DNA from: Paraphysomonas bandaiensis
Taxonomy: Eukaryota; Protista; Chrysophyceae
Length of the DNA stretch: 64,000 nucleotides
Assembly (NCBI GenBank): GCA_965644295.1
Contig: CBFFRP010000329.1
Span: 1-64,000, forward strand
Reading direction: 5' to 3'
The position numbers and the translations under genes were made by a program. Under the pieces are notes generated by a model. That model made no database searches, was not told the origin of the DNA, and saw nothing but the letters and a program-made list of their open reading frames with translations. Below are positions 49,797 through 62,210 of this stretch, piece after piece. Numbering within the stretch: the first letter of the stretch is position 1; every line of letters starts with the position of its first letter.

Positions 49797-51332
49797 AGTG
49801 TTGACAGATACACAGATATATATATATATAACGATATGAGACTACTAACAAACAACACAAACACTCACTGCTCGTTAATTAACACTAACAACAGATGTGC
49901 TCATAGGGATAGAAGGCGATATGGCGGGTGTTGAGGATAGTAATACACGATCAGGCTCTATGTGTGTGTATACTGTACCGTACATGCTATTGCTATGTGT
50001 ATGCGGGTGACTGCCATACCCTGCCTGCATATGAGATATGCGGAGATATCATACCTAACTGACTACGCCCCTACTGTATTCCACGTACATTTACCACACT
50101 GGCGATCATACCATATGTATACACACATAATACCAACAGTATTTTTTTTCAGTTTGTCGTTTGAAGATACATATATGGTATTAATGGTGCAGGAGAAATG
50201 AGATGTTTTCTTAACAACTCAACGAGTTTGGTGGAGCCTCAGTGTCGCAACTGTACTGGAGACAGTACAGGAAGAGTTAGCTGAAGGGAGGTTTCGAGCC
50301 AAACGGAGTATATGTTTGATTTCTATCATGCATGCTCAATGTAGTTGCTAAAGGCTTGGGGAAATTCCCCGGATATTAAGGCAGAAAGTGCCATCCAGAA
50401 ATGGAATGCACCCCGATGATGCTGGATGCGAAGAAGGAGTAGTACTCTGGAGCTTACTGGTGAATTGGGCCTATTTATCAAAACAAAGTTATACCTCCCA
50501 CGCGTACGCGTGAACTCAACGGGGATTACTCTTAGCTGCTTTTCAGCGGCACCATATATGGAAACATTGACTTAATGATTCGAAGGAACAGATGACGCCG
50601 GTGTTGAGACTGGTATTCATGAAGTTGATACTCTTGTAATATTACTATCTTTTAGTTTATGGTGTTATTTCCTGTAAGCTGATCAGCATGAGCCTCGCAC
50701 CTAGAGTATTTTCTTGCGAACAAGAAGTGTTGCTGGCTAGATATCTTGCCGTTTCTTGAACGATGCATACTAGTATATAGGTTCCATTGTATAGGTTTCT
50801 AGTAGCTGTAGATTAGTAACAGAAGTAGCCTGAAGTAAGTAAGTAAGTTGTGACACACCGTTCTTCAACCTAACTAAACAAGCACCTCCATTGGAGAACA
50901 CTATACAATCAACTTTCCAAAACTGCGAAGGATATATTAGTCTCGGGTATAGGGTATAACTTCACAATTTTACTTTCTAGAATAGTAATGATACTTTTTT
51001 CTCCTTTCGTATTCCTTCATTAACGGTGTGGTGATCTAAGCTCTAAGCCCTGGTGCGAACCACGCGGCCTTGGGAGGCATAATGTTCCTACTCATGCAAA
51101 AGCTTTCGCACTTGACAACTGAGTTTAATTGTAGCATTTACGACACTTAATTAAAGATGTAATAAAATTGCTAAATAATTTACACAAGATCAGGTATAAG
51201 CTATAGCACAACCGACGCTTTTAGCCAACACGAATAGCCATTGTTCTGATACCTGTCAACGTATGCCACATTCTATTGTTATTCACAATTCCCTCTAAGT
51301 ATGTTACAAGCGACGTAGTAATCACCATTCAA

Positions 51333-52835
51333 TTACCACCTTCCTCCACTTCCTCCTCCGGACGACCCTCCTCCAAATCCCCTACTCGCCCCGCTTGAAC
51401 CACGGTGAGCCATCTCCCTCCTATGCTGAATATCAGCCAATGTCCGTGTAACTTGCTGCGAACGAGCTTCAGCAGCTCTAACAAATTCACTTGTAGAACC
51501 TGTGTTGACAGCCGTTTGCATATTGTTGTATACATCAGCAGTCATGACTGACGGATAGAGATAACGCATCCGATTCATGCGGAACAGCACTTCCGGTGCA
51601 GACCGATGCATCGGGTTGTAACGAAAACGAGGATTTGAGGGCGGGGCGGAAGATGCTTGACAGCTAGGGCCCGCACAATCATCGTAGCTAGGTGGACTAT
51701 CCCTATATCCAGGAGAATTAAAAGGCCCGGTATTACTCCCGCTAGAGCTATCAGGCGGTCCACCAGAGGTACCTGGTGGTGCGCCCATATTATTTGGCGT
51801 GGCGTTGTTTGGTCGGGGTGGCCGGGGAGCGGTGGGATCGACAGGTTCTCTGCATATAGGACACGTTTTATCTGCGCGCCTGTCTCTTAAATACTCCTCC
51901 AAGCATTTATAGCAAAACGTGTGACCGCAGTGGAGGGCCATTGGACGGGTCGGAAGCCCACTACTGCTAGAACTTCCACCATCCGGAGGGTTTAGTGGGG
52001 TGCTTCCAGTTCCTTCCAGTGTATCATCAGATCCATTTTGTCGGATTGGTGGATTAAAATCTTCTAGACATATAGGGCACGAGGAAAAGTGAAATCTGTT
52101 GTCATCCTCATTTTGCACGTCTTGCATTAGTTGGGAAAGAGCTACTTGACCACGTCGAAGTCCACGCTCATGTCGAGATTGGCGGTAACTTATTACAGCA
52201 AAACCAGCGACACACAAGACCAACACCACAACAACTCCCATATCTTCATAACTCTTTGTTTCCACCTGACGGGGTATATGACTCTTCCCATGAACAATGA
52301 GATCAATCTCAACAATAGCTGCTTCAATAGCACCTCCATAATCACCATCACGTAGATATGGCTTCATATGTTCAATCAGTGTGTCTAGTATGGGTTTTGA
52401 CAAGAGACCGGCAAGTCCATTGCCGCGAGATATGAACACCGCACGGTCCTTAAGAGAGAGAAATATAAGCACTCCATTGAGCTTTTCCTTGTCCCCCACT
52501 CCCCATGCATCGTGAAGCTGCATCGCGAAGGCTTTTGCACTGTCATCAATGCTGCTAATTCCCTCAGGAGGGATCATACGGTCCACTACAGCTACACCAA
52601 TCTCCAGTCCCTCTGCGTGCATGACCCGGCCTTCTATCACATCCTTGCTCTCTTTTGACAGCGCACCGGACAGATCGCATATCACAGACATCTTCACAGT
52701 CTCCCGTCCACATTTCTCAGGGTGAGTGATGGGATTGGGAATGTCTGCTATACGGACTCCACTAGAGGGATAGGCGTGAGTATACACTGCTACGTGTATA
52801 CTGTACAACACCGTACACAACACGGCCCGCATCAT
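51333..52835 (-). CDS. TPM-domain/TM/RING-HC fusion protein, single exon
   Basis: Signal peptide; PNP...CGR...ICD; EIGVAVV...LHDAWGVG...GVLIFLS (TPM); TM; CPIC...CGHTFCYKC...CPIC; Gly-rich GGGSGGRW end. Confidence 0.85.
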   Translation of the reverse strand: MMRAVLCTVLYSIHVAVYTHAYPSSGVRIADIPNPITHPEKCGRETVKMSVICDLSGALSKESKDVIEGRVMHAEGLEIGVAVVDRMIPPEGISSIDDSAKAFAMQLHDAWGVGDKEKLNGVLIFLSLKDRAVFISRGNGLAGLLSKPILDTLIEHMKPYLRDGDYGGAIEAAIVEIDLIVHGKSHIPRQVETKSYEDMGVVVVLVLCVAGFAVISYRQSRHERGLRRGQVALSQLMQDVQNEDDNRFHFSSCPICLEDFNPPIRQNGSDDTLEGTGSTPLNPPDGGSSSSSGLPTRPMALHCGHTFCYKCLEEYLRDRRADKTCPICREPVDPTAPRPPRPNNATPNNMGAPPGTSGGPPDSSSGSNTGPFNSPGYRDSPPSYDDCAGPSCQASSAPPSNPRFRYNPMHRSAPEVLFRMNRMRYLYPSVMTADVYNNMQTAVNTGSTSEFVRAAEARSQQVTRTLADIQHRREMAHRGSSGASRGFGGGSSGGGSGGRW

Positions 52836-53256
52836 ATGAAAACACTAGAGGATGAGAGACTTCACTTGATGGTCTGTATATGAATACCACTCACTTCACC
52901 TCACTTCACCTCCTAGAGACACCGGCCCGATATAGTACTACACAGCAGGACCCGTATAGGTATGTATGTACAGGCAGTGGACTATGGAAGAGATGTGTGT
53001 TGTATGGTACACCAAAATATGCCACTTGGCAGTGATGTACCAGAGCTGTATACGTATGTATATATGTATGTATTTGCTGTAAGTCTAGAATGAGGTGTGT
53101 ATACTGTATTATGGTTGTATACAGGGCGGTATGATGTGTGGCAGGTGAGGTATGTATGTGTATGTATGTGTGTATGTGTATGTATGCTCTGCTGAGAGGA
53201 TGCGTCTCGTCTCTTAACTCTGAGCTACTGGAACCACATCATCAATAGAGGACACA

Positions 53257-56186
53257 ATGAAGAGAGGACGAGTGGATGGACAGATATCGAAACAAGAGTA
53301 TGAGATGGGGTCGCAGGAGTCTCATTCACCTGTAAGTTATACTCATATCACTACACACACACACACACACACATCTCTCTATATCTCACTGTATATACAG
53401 GGAACATTCCTGCGGGCCACTCCAGGGACACTAGCGAATAGACGCATGCTGGTCCCTAAAGTATCAAACAAGAAAAAGGAGTTCGTCAAGCACATCAAAG
53501 AATTGAATCGAAGTTTTTATGATTATTTTCGTGAGTGTGTTGAGGAGGACCCCAATCAGCATATGACGACTGTGGTTCAAGACTATATTGATTATGTTTC
53601 ACAGCTTGAGGATCGATATTTGAGATCATATGGTGAGGTTATGACATTTGGATCTGGTGACTGTGGTCAACTGGCTCATGGTGTGGAGGAAGATGATGAT
53701 CTCATGGTTAAATTCCCACGGATTGTTTACTCTCTAAGGTAGGGTGGGTTATCTTGTGTAGTTTGTATGTTGCAGAGAGTACTAAAATATTATTCGTCCA
53801 GTTAAAGCATATTGCAAGTTAATGTAAACATTTGCTATGTATGGTTTAGGAATAAGAAAGTGGTTGGTATTGCTTGTGGAGGACTGCACAATGCAGTTTT
53901 TACTGAGGACGGACAGGTCTATACATGGGGGTGTGCTGATGATGGATCCCTAGGAAGGTGTGTACTCTGCCTAATAGACTTTTGCTGCACATGATAGTTT
54001 ACGTAAACGTATTGTGTTTAGCTGATTTCTTGCTTGCGTGCATCTGTGCCATCATTTATTATCACGGCTAATGCTTTTATCCAGGGAGGGCGATGAAAAC
54101 ATGCCTATCCTTGTGGAGGTAAGGATTGATATGTTAATGCTATGCGTATCGTATTACTTACGTTAATACACGTAGGGGTTAGCTCATGAAACTATAATTG
54201 GCGTAGCATGCGGAGATGGGCAGACCCTTGCAGTTGCTGTGTCTGGTGATGTGTATGGATGGGGCTGTTACAAGGACAAAGAAGGCAAGAAGTGGTTCAA
54301 CCCACAGCCAGGATCCAGCGCCATTAGACGGCAACAGAATGAACCACTAAAAATCCAGGTCCATTTATTTCGTAGTTAGTCGGCGCGGTCTTCGATTTTC
54401 TGATAAATTATCATTATGTAGGGCTTTGCATCAGATTGTCAGGTTGTAGAAATTGCATGCGGCAGTACTTTCAACGTCGCAAGGTGTGCTAATGGGACTA
54501 TATATTCATGGGGACTCGGCGAATGCGGAGAGCTCGGCCGGAGTGTACCGGCAATGAAATCTGACGGAGAGTACGACGAGGCTAGTATACTTAGGTAAGA
54601 TACAGTAATGATGTATGTGGACGCGTTAAATGGAAGTAGGATGCATATTACTCCCGGGAAGATGTTTCTTACGGCAAACAACACTAAGGTGGGTGCACAG
54701 CACGTATTGCTAATTTAAATGTCTAATTTTATCATAGGAGGCCGTCAATCCAAAGGCGATTGGCTGTGGGGCGTACCACACTCTTGTTGTTATCGGAAAT
54801 TCAGTATATGTGTGTGGTTTGAATAACTATGGGCAGGTATTTATTTTAGCACATCGCACTTGCAGCCATTCAGTATATATGTAATATACACTACATGCAG
54901 TATTGATTTAGGGAAGTACTGTGTATCGCCTACAGTAGCCTATCACATAATATATTTCTCTCATAACAACTGATATTCCTATGATTAAATGCAACATTTC
55001 ATTCATTTTGTTGCAGTTGGGTATTGGTAGTACAGAGTCGTCGGACTTTCTTACTGAAGTAGAAGATCTTAGGGGACTGGGTGTGGTAGCCGTTAAAGGG
55101 GGTGAGTTACGTCTTTATATTTTGTTGCCATATGGTCCCTTCCAACTTTACTTACGGTAATACTGTCTTTTTCTGACTAACAGGAATGCACCATTCCCTT
55201 GTCTTAACCTCAAATGGCGTGATGTTTTCCTTTGGTAGAGGTGACTCTGGGCAGGTGTGTTTGTTTACATGCTTCAGTAACAACGGATATAATTGACTGT
55301 AATATGAAGATACATTAGTCATGTATTCACATGAGTGTACACGGTCTGATATAGTTCTGCATCGAACTTCATTCTGGCATACGTATTTATATTTTTTGTG
55401 TAGTTGGGTGTAGCGGGATATGCAGATGGGGCAGCTGGAGACTTCGCAGATAGGCCACAGGAAATAGTTCTTCCAGCATTGGTATTTTTTTGTCTGATTT
55501 GCATTTTTGTTTTGTGTAGCGAACACATTTTGATATTCTCTTCGAAAGTATATATCTTTATATGCAATGATATTCATACACTCGGATTCTCATGAATATC
55601 TGGTAGGCCGGTAGTGACACGAAAGTGGCTGCCATATCGTGCGGTGCCAACCACAATCTCGCCGTTCTCAAGAATAACAAAGATGTATGTATAATGCACG
55701 CTCTGAATGCACCAGATTGCATTCGTTACTTCGTATTGTAGCGTGGGATTTAGAATATTATTCTCGCACCATAGGTGGAGTATTATATATTAACTGTCAC
55801 TCACCAAGTATGTGTTTGCACAGGTCTTTTCTTGGGGTTATGGGGACATGCTCGCGTTAGGCCATGGTAAAGAGAGAGACGAAACCACACCTAAGGTATG
55901 ATATTTGCTTTGATCTTATATATATGTCTTCCTGTGAGACTGAAACTAGATATTCATGAAACTACCTTATTGATGAAACTTGACTTATATTTTTTAGCGT
56001 CTCAACTTTGAAAAAGTGGTGTCCGGAGGAGGCATGGTAGAGAAAGTGGTACAGGTAGAGATATGGTGTCTGATGCTGTTATATGCCGTGTTAATAAACA
56101 CTACATGGTGATTGTAACTGTATTCTTAATAGGTTGATGGAGGTGGGCAACATTCTGCGATTATTGCAGTGGTGCGAACTACTTAA
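53257..56186 (+). CDS. RCC1: RCC1 beta-propeller protein with N-terminal Nup50-like segments, many short exons
   Basis: RCC1 repeats (TFGSGDCGQL, ACGGLHN, YTWGCADDGSLGR, YSWGLGECGELGR, GGMHHS, CGANHN, GGGQHS); N-term Nup50-like motifs. Confidence 0.85.
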
Positions 56187-57529
56187 GGCTTGCTATTGGG
56201 AAGCTTTCGAAGGGCATATTCTGATACAATTGGGTTTAAAATCGTAGCGGCAGATATAATAGGTGCTATTAGATTGCACAGTTTGTTTGTCTACACTCTT
56301 AATTGTAACCACAATAATTTGTTCACACTGTGATGTATTATTACTACAGTTGTCACCGACCAGGAGGGGGGCGATACTACCATAGATCGCAAAATTATCA
56401 TAAGATTTCATACATGTCAGACTATTGTGATTATTCATAGCATAATTTGTACGAGATACTGTATTAGCATGTAGCTGGTATATAATAGACGACCACTTTC
56501 TACAGCTGTTCACTACTATTGTTAAAGGCTTCAACTTGAAGCCAACAAGTATTGGTCAGTTCTGCCTGTTGAGTTCTGTAGTATGATGCGATATATAATA
56601 TATATAGTAGTGAATGATCCTCCACCTACTAGTAATGTGCCCCCAACGGCTGTTGCCGCTTTACCAGGCTTTGATATTATTACATCTTTCTCTGCCCTAC
56701 GGTGGCAAATACCGTTCAACACAAAGTTTCACCTTATTAACCAGCTTTAAGCTCAATGTCCCTATTAAGGGTATGGATGAGTCATGTCAGTGTGCCTAGG
56801 GCCTCTTCTCCCTCTCTTCGGCCACATTTTGCTGATCACCTCGTCTCCGACAAATCTCTTGTTTTACCACGTTGTACACGTTCCAAGCCTCACTGCCTGG
56901 CTTTGCGACTTCCACCCAACCTAACGGCTTCGGCTAAACCACGTGCCTGCACTAATGCAGCGCTTACCGCATTCATATGCCATCACATCAGTAGACATCA
57001 TAGTCTCACCTATCGAATTCTACGGTTACAACCACTCAAAACGTGGCTCGTGCGAGCAGGTCCACGCAAAAGATCCTCTGGTGCTCTCCATATGGTCACA
57101 GAATACTCTCGAACCCTCACAACTGAGCTACAGGGCTGCCTCCTGATGTCCACACAAAACAACCCAACATGGTTTCTCTGTGGTCTATGCATCCAGCAGG
57201 TTACCCCCTCATTCTGTTCACCTATCACTCCCTCAGCCCATTCCTCTTATTGGACAGACACTGTATTCCGCATACGGTATATTCGGCTACTGTACTACAG
57301 TGCCCTACAGGATGTATACCACACAAAAACGGTGCTAGCATGCGGTACACTACGTAGCCCCGGACCCCATCAATACCCTACCAACACACACCCACTCAAT
57401 CTTGCTGGTTATGAGTATATCACCTATGCAAGGCCCCAAAGTTCACGCTTAAGTCTCTTGCGCAACAACACTCGGTTCACATACAGATATACACCAACAC
57501 TCTCTAGAAGCAACTTCGACACAATTTCA

Positions 57530-59296
57530 ATGAAACGTGAAACAAATTCCAACACTTCCAGAACCTTCACTCCAAAGTTTGTTCTTCCCCCCTCCTATCA
57601 ACCAACCAACATTGATGCGCAGATCAAAAATGCTATCAGAGAACAGAAGAAAGCCAAAGCTGACACTCCCCAGCTAGAGCTCCCATCGGTACGCACCTTT
57701 CTGGGATGGGAAAATGACCTACCTGTGGGAGAGTACAAAACACTCGTCCTTACAAACATAAAAGCTGCTGATGATGCCACCTTCCTGGGGATAACACACT
57801 ACCTTATCCATGAGTTGGGGTTTCCCATTCAACCCCCTACCCCCCAAGACATCGCTACCTTCAGGGCAGCCAAGGATGCACGAACGTGTTCAGACTTACC
57901 CGCTCCCACAGCGAGTAGGGTAGTCCGAGCGTTCGACCTAGGCAGACCTGGGTACGAAGTCCGACAGGGCATGGGAGCGAATGTTACCGCTGACTCATGT
58001 ATGTACTCCTCCCCTCTATGCTTTGACCTCCATGTAGAAACGGGCACATCAGTCGATGACAAAGGCCTCCTTCGGACCGAACGCCGACATGTCCAGATAT
58101 CACTTTTCCGAACGCCACGAGAACTCTTCGTGGGTCGCACCAAGGATGAGCCCTCGCTGATACCAGTGGCGGCTATATATGGGCTACATGCAGACTCAGC
58201 GCACACCAGACCTGCACATGCCTTTAGGTTACGAAACACGCTGGATATGCTTCTCCGAACGGGAGGTTTCCCCACGCCACCTCTATACGAAGTATTCTGG
58301 ACTCTAACACACTATAGAGGCAAGACTCGAGCCACTGATAAAACATATAGGTTCTATCAGATTCTATTACTCCACGATCCCATTCACGATCAGGATCTAA
58401 GAGCTAAATTCTATAAAGCACTCTTCAATAATGAAATAGGAGGACATGTCGAAATCAACCTCGGCTCACTCTGTTGTAGAATGGTCAGCACTGAAACACC
58501 CACGCAAAAGCAGTCCAACTGGACACCGTCTCAAGAACTCTTCCGCATCGCTGTCTGCTCTGAAACACTCCTATCTCCCATCCAAGTCTGACAAGCCTGT
58601 GAGGCTATAGGTATCCCATCCACGGACATAGAGGACATCATTTGGACCGCCCGCAACCCACTCACAAGCGGGCGCAAAGAAAAAGAACGCTTAGTTGAAC
58701 AAACCTACATTTACCTGGACGACAGGAATACCAAGATCAAACTCTGTTGGGAAATCTCACGCACAGGTATCGTGCCTTTACTGCGCAAAGCTCTGGGTGA
58801 CGAAACTCTAAGGCTTCTCTATCACACCATAGCAGTCCCCCCTGGCCTCCCTACTCAGCGGTTTCTATACGGCCTCCATAAGGCCACAGACACAGCAACA
58901 AACGCCCCTCCCATAATACCGCCTCCAACGTCCCTTCAACCCTTCGGTCCAACTGTTGCTCCACAAATGCAGACCGATACACCGCGATCGTACACTCCCA
59001 AACGACAGCGACAGATGGACACATCCCCATCAACAGAGCCAGCACCAGCTCCCACCTGCCCAGAGCTCTGCGAAATAGCTCTACACATCGCTTCAGATCT
59101 TGTACCTCTGTCAAAAATCCATGCCATCCTCGCGCAAATGGAAAACGCGGTTGCAGCTCTCTATGAGATCGATGCTGGGGCGACTCTCACGGTACTTGAT
59201 TACTATAAAAACAAGGTAGATCACAGTATCCCAGAAAGGTCCTCAGAAGAACACTCTCGGGTGGACTCGGACATCTTCGGCTCCGACTCCAACTGA
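57530..59296 (+). CDS. ORF1-like protein of the LINE-like element, with one in-frame TGA at 58589-58591
   Basis: ORFs 56756-58591 and 58772-59296 share a frame that stays open across the TGA; ATG 57530 chosen by inference. Confidence 0.55.
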
Positions 59297-59443
59297 CTCC
59301 TACTGGACTGGGACACAACGAACATCAAACGTACACTCATAGAAGTGTCCGCAGCTGCTCACACGTGGTTATCCCCCAGTCCACACTTACATATCCATAG
59401 TTGGCCCTCACCTGACACAACGACCTTCGCCTGTAGCACCCAC

Positions 59444-61888
59444 ATGCGTCCACCACGTAAACCGCCAGACAAACAGTCGAGATCCACCAGTGTACATCCC
59501 ACGAAAAGGCACCAAGGACCGCACTTTTCCTGTGATAATAGTGGTGATGGACCACGAAAACGGCCGGCCTCGACACAACGTAAGCGAAACAACCTCCGGC
59601 GGCTCAGTCGCAAACGAACTCTGCAACAATTTCGTGAAGGAACAATCCAGTCCCTCCCTCCACACATACAACGTCAACAGACACGAAACAAGCTCCGCAT
59701 CCGTGCCCACAACAAGCAAGCATGGCGAGAGCATTTACAACACCTGGCACAACAGTGTGTAGACACACACAACATCGTGACCACTCCTATACCTGACACA
59801 GCACCCACAGCTGTTACAGCACCCCCCCGTCCAGAAGACTCCACACATACTATTTGCCTCCCTCCGCCCACAGTGGAGGACGAACAAGAGAGAACAATCA
59901 CTGACACAAGTGTACTGCCTCAACTATTTGTGCCGCACCCTCTGCCAGCTGCCTTCACGGACCCCGGACTGCAGAATTGGTCCTTCTACTCGCCCAGCGG
60001 TCTGTTAGCCATTGCCATACACGAAGAGGTGGTTCACAGTGTCATGTCCATGCTACAATCGAGGCACGCTTTAGAACGCATAGAACAGCACCTCAGATGT
60101 TCGCTTGAGGAGGGGAAAATGCTGGTTGCACGTCACTACACACACACAGAATACAACAACACACCAATGGAGGGCTTCTGCGGACTAGCTGCTATTGCCG
60201 CAATATACCACAAACAACCGGAGGAGGACCACTACCCGTATTTAAATCCCGATGATCCAGCCTCGAAAGCAAAACTGCTCCAAGTCATTCAGACAAGCAG
60301 GACGGTACTTAGTACCTACACGCTCGCTGAAGCCAAGATGCTTAACTTTGCATGCATCCGGAAGAAGCTCCGACAGCAGCTAACAACGTACAACAAAGCA
60401 CTACGCCGCAAACGACCAACTGCTGTCGGAATACCCCCAGAGCAATGGGGCTACACAGACATCATAGCCCTCCTGGCAGAAACCCTGAGTATACGAATTC
60501 GTATCTGGCAAGATTCACCAGTGGACCTTGGCCACAACTGGGCGTACTGGTCTACCCACCATTCCTCCTTCCTTCCACAAACTCAATTCCTTCCATCTTA
60601 TGATGTGTTTTGCTCCAACGACCACTTCTTCCTGGACACCAAATACCCGGTGGAGTTGGAACTACACGCGCTACTCGAGAGAATTCCTGACCTCGTCATC
60701 ATGCGTCTCCAAAATGTGTTGCAATATCATTCCAAGGGAATGCAAGGAGTACATCGTGCCAGGTCCATCAACCATCCCTCCCACGCCCTTCAGGGGAAGG
60801 AATTCTCTTCCGATAACAGCGGTGACGGACCCAGCAAATCCACCCACACATTACCCTTACCCACTAAGGATGCCACCACACCGTATGCAACTCTATTTGA
60901 CTATTTCCCAGTCAAACGGAGGCCACCTACCACCAACCCTACTCAACTGAACACCATGGGAACTCCAGCATTAGCCCCAGACGGCCCATCCTCACACTCC
61001 ACTACCACTCCTGACATCAGGCCGGATGCACTGCCCAAGGACATTGCCACACACCCCCGACACTACACAGAGGGCTGGGGTCACACGCCCTTTCACTCCG
61101 ATCTGCTGATGAACAACTGGGTTAGATATGATGAAACCCAAACCATTGCTGCCTCCCCACAGGGAAACCTTTTAAAAGAAATATATGCACACATGCTATC
61201 CCCTGCCTGTACAGACATATGGGAAGGATTCATAGCCAAGGCTTCCAGGACGGACAACTATGATCTCATGATATCATTCACGCTACCAGAGCACAAATTG
61301 GATACCACGCACAGCGCCCTACTAGTTGCCCAGCATCTCGCGAATGGCAACAAACCCTGGGCAGACTCCACTCATGTTGTATCTAGGCATGTGCGGACCC
61401 TTTGCCTGACAAAGGGTATTCCCTCAACAGCCACTGTTAGTCTCCGTAAGACACTCATGCAATATGAATCCTCGACTCCACACACAGGACTACATCTAGA
61501 CACGGAGGATTTCCAACTGCTACTCGATCTTCTCTCCATACCATACAGACTATGGGACGCTGTTCAACCGCACCTGGCGCCTGGTTGGGCACAGCTGTCA
61601 CCATTCTCCAGACAGGCACTAACAGTGCACGCTTCTACCAACACTGTGGTAACCCATGACATCATACGCAGCCAGCATGGGTTTCACATACTCAATGCAA
61701 CAAATATCCCCACCTGCATCATGCACGCTCTAACACGGACTCAGGAGCGGCTATCCTGTTTTCTACAACACCAGACCTCCAGACAGAGCACCAATATCCT
61801 CTGGACTTCTGAGCCGTCAACTGTACCACCTATGCTACATGAGCACAGAGAGCAACAGGAACAGAGGGAAGTAATTGCAGTCTCCTAA
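59444..61888 (+). CDS. ORF2 N-terminal part: OTU-like protease plus a degenerate OTU-like repeat
   Basis: MRPPRKPPD start; TPMEGFCGLAAIA...WGYTDIIALLAETLSIRIRIW...VFCSNDHFF. Confidence 0.7.
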   Translation: MRPPRKPPDKQSRSTSVHPTKRHQGPHFSCDNSGDGPRKRPASTQRKRNNLRRLSRKRTLQQFREGTIQSLPPHIQRQQTRNKLRIRAHNKQAWREHLQHLAQQCVDTHNIVTTPIPDTAPTAVTAPPRPEDSTHTICLPPPTVEDEQERTITDTSVLPQLFVPHPLPAAFTDPGLQNWSFYSPSGLLAIAIHEEVVHSVMSMLQSRHALERIEQHLRCSLEEGKMLVARHYTHTEYNNTPMEGFCGLAAIAAIYHKQPEEDHYPYLNPDDPASKAKLLQVIQTSRTVLSTYTLAEAKMLNFACIRKKLRQQLTTYNKALRRKRPTAVGIPPEQWGYTDIIALLAETLSIRIRIWQDSPVDLGHNWAYWSTHHSSFLPQTQFLPSYDVFCSNDHFFLDTKYPVELELHALLERIPDLVIMRLQNVLQYHSKGMQGVHRARSINHPSHALQGKEFSSDNSGDGPSKSTHTLPLPTKDATTPYATLFDYFPVKRRPPTTNPTQLNTMGTPALAPDGPSSHSTTTPDIRPDALPKDIATHPRHYTEGWGHTPFHSDLLMNNWVRYDETQTIAASPQGNLLKEIYAHMLSPACTDIWEGFIAKASRTDNYDLMISFTLPEHKLDTTHSALLVAQHLANGNKPWADSTHVVSRHVRTLCLTKGIPSTATVSLRKTLMQYESSTPHTGLHLDTEDFQLLLDLLSIPYRLWDAVQPHLAPGWAQLSPFSRQALTVHASTNTVVTHDIIRSQHGFHILNATNIPTCIMHALTRTQERLSCFLQHQTSRQSTNILWTSEPSTVPPMLHEHREQQEQREVIAVS

Positions 61889-62210
61889 GGAGTAATTCAG
61901 TAATTGATGATAACTGCAAAATGAAAAAAGAAATTAACCGTTTGCGTTTCTTGCAATCGTAAGTTTAATGAGTATTGTCTATTGTATTTTGCATGCAGCA
62001 ATAACAATAAAGTAATAAACATGTTAAGAACCTAAAAACAGCTTGATAATATTACCTTACTTTTATCAACATTCAAGCTGCTGTATAACTTTTCTTAAAA
62101 TATGTATATTCAACTAGAAATCATTAATGAAAATATTTGGGAAAAATTTTTTCCCAAGTTTGAAAATAGTTTGCTTCTTGTCACCGAGAGCTCGACGTCA
62201 ACTACCACAG

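Noticed and set aside
50250-50800. Possible decayed hAT transposase (SCMLNVVAK-like fragment)
   Set aside because: Too fragmentary; multiple stops and no termini found
56756-57529. N-terminal 258 codons of the 611-aa ORF as real protein
   Set aside because: No motifs; could be an open 5' UTR on the stop-poor A/C-rich strand; left unresolved
59375-59405. Helitron Rep HUH motif (SPHLHIHSW), i.e. a Helentron interpretation of the element
   Set aside because: Lacks the EFQxRG context, and no YxxKY or PIF1 Walker A motif precedes the APE, which Helentrons place after the helicase; not fully excluded until downstream sequence is seen
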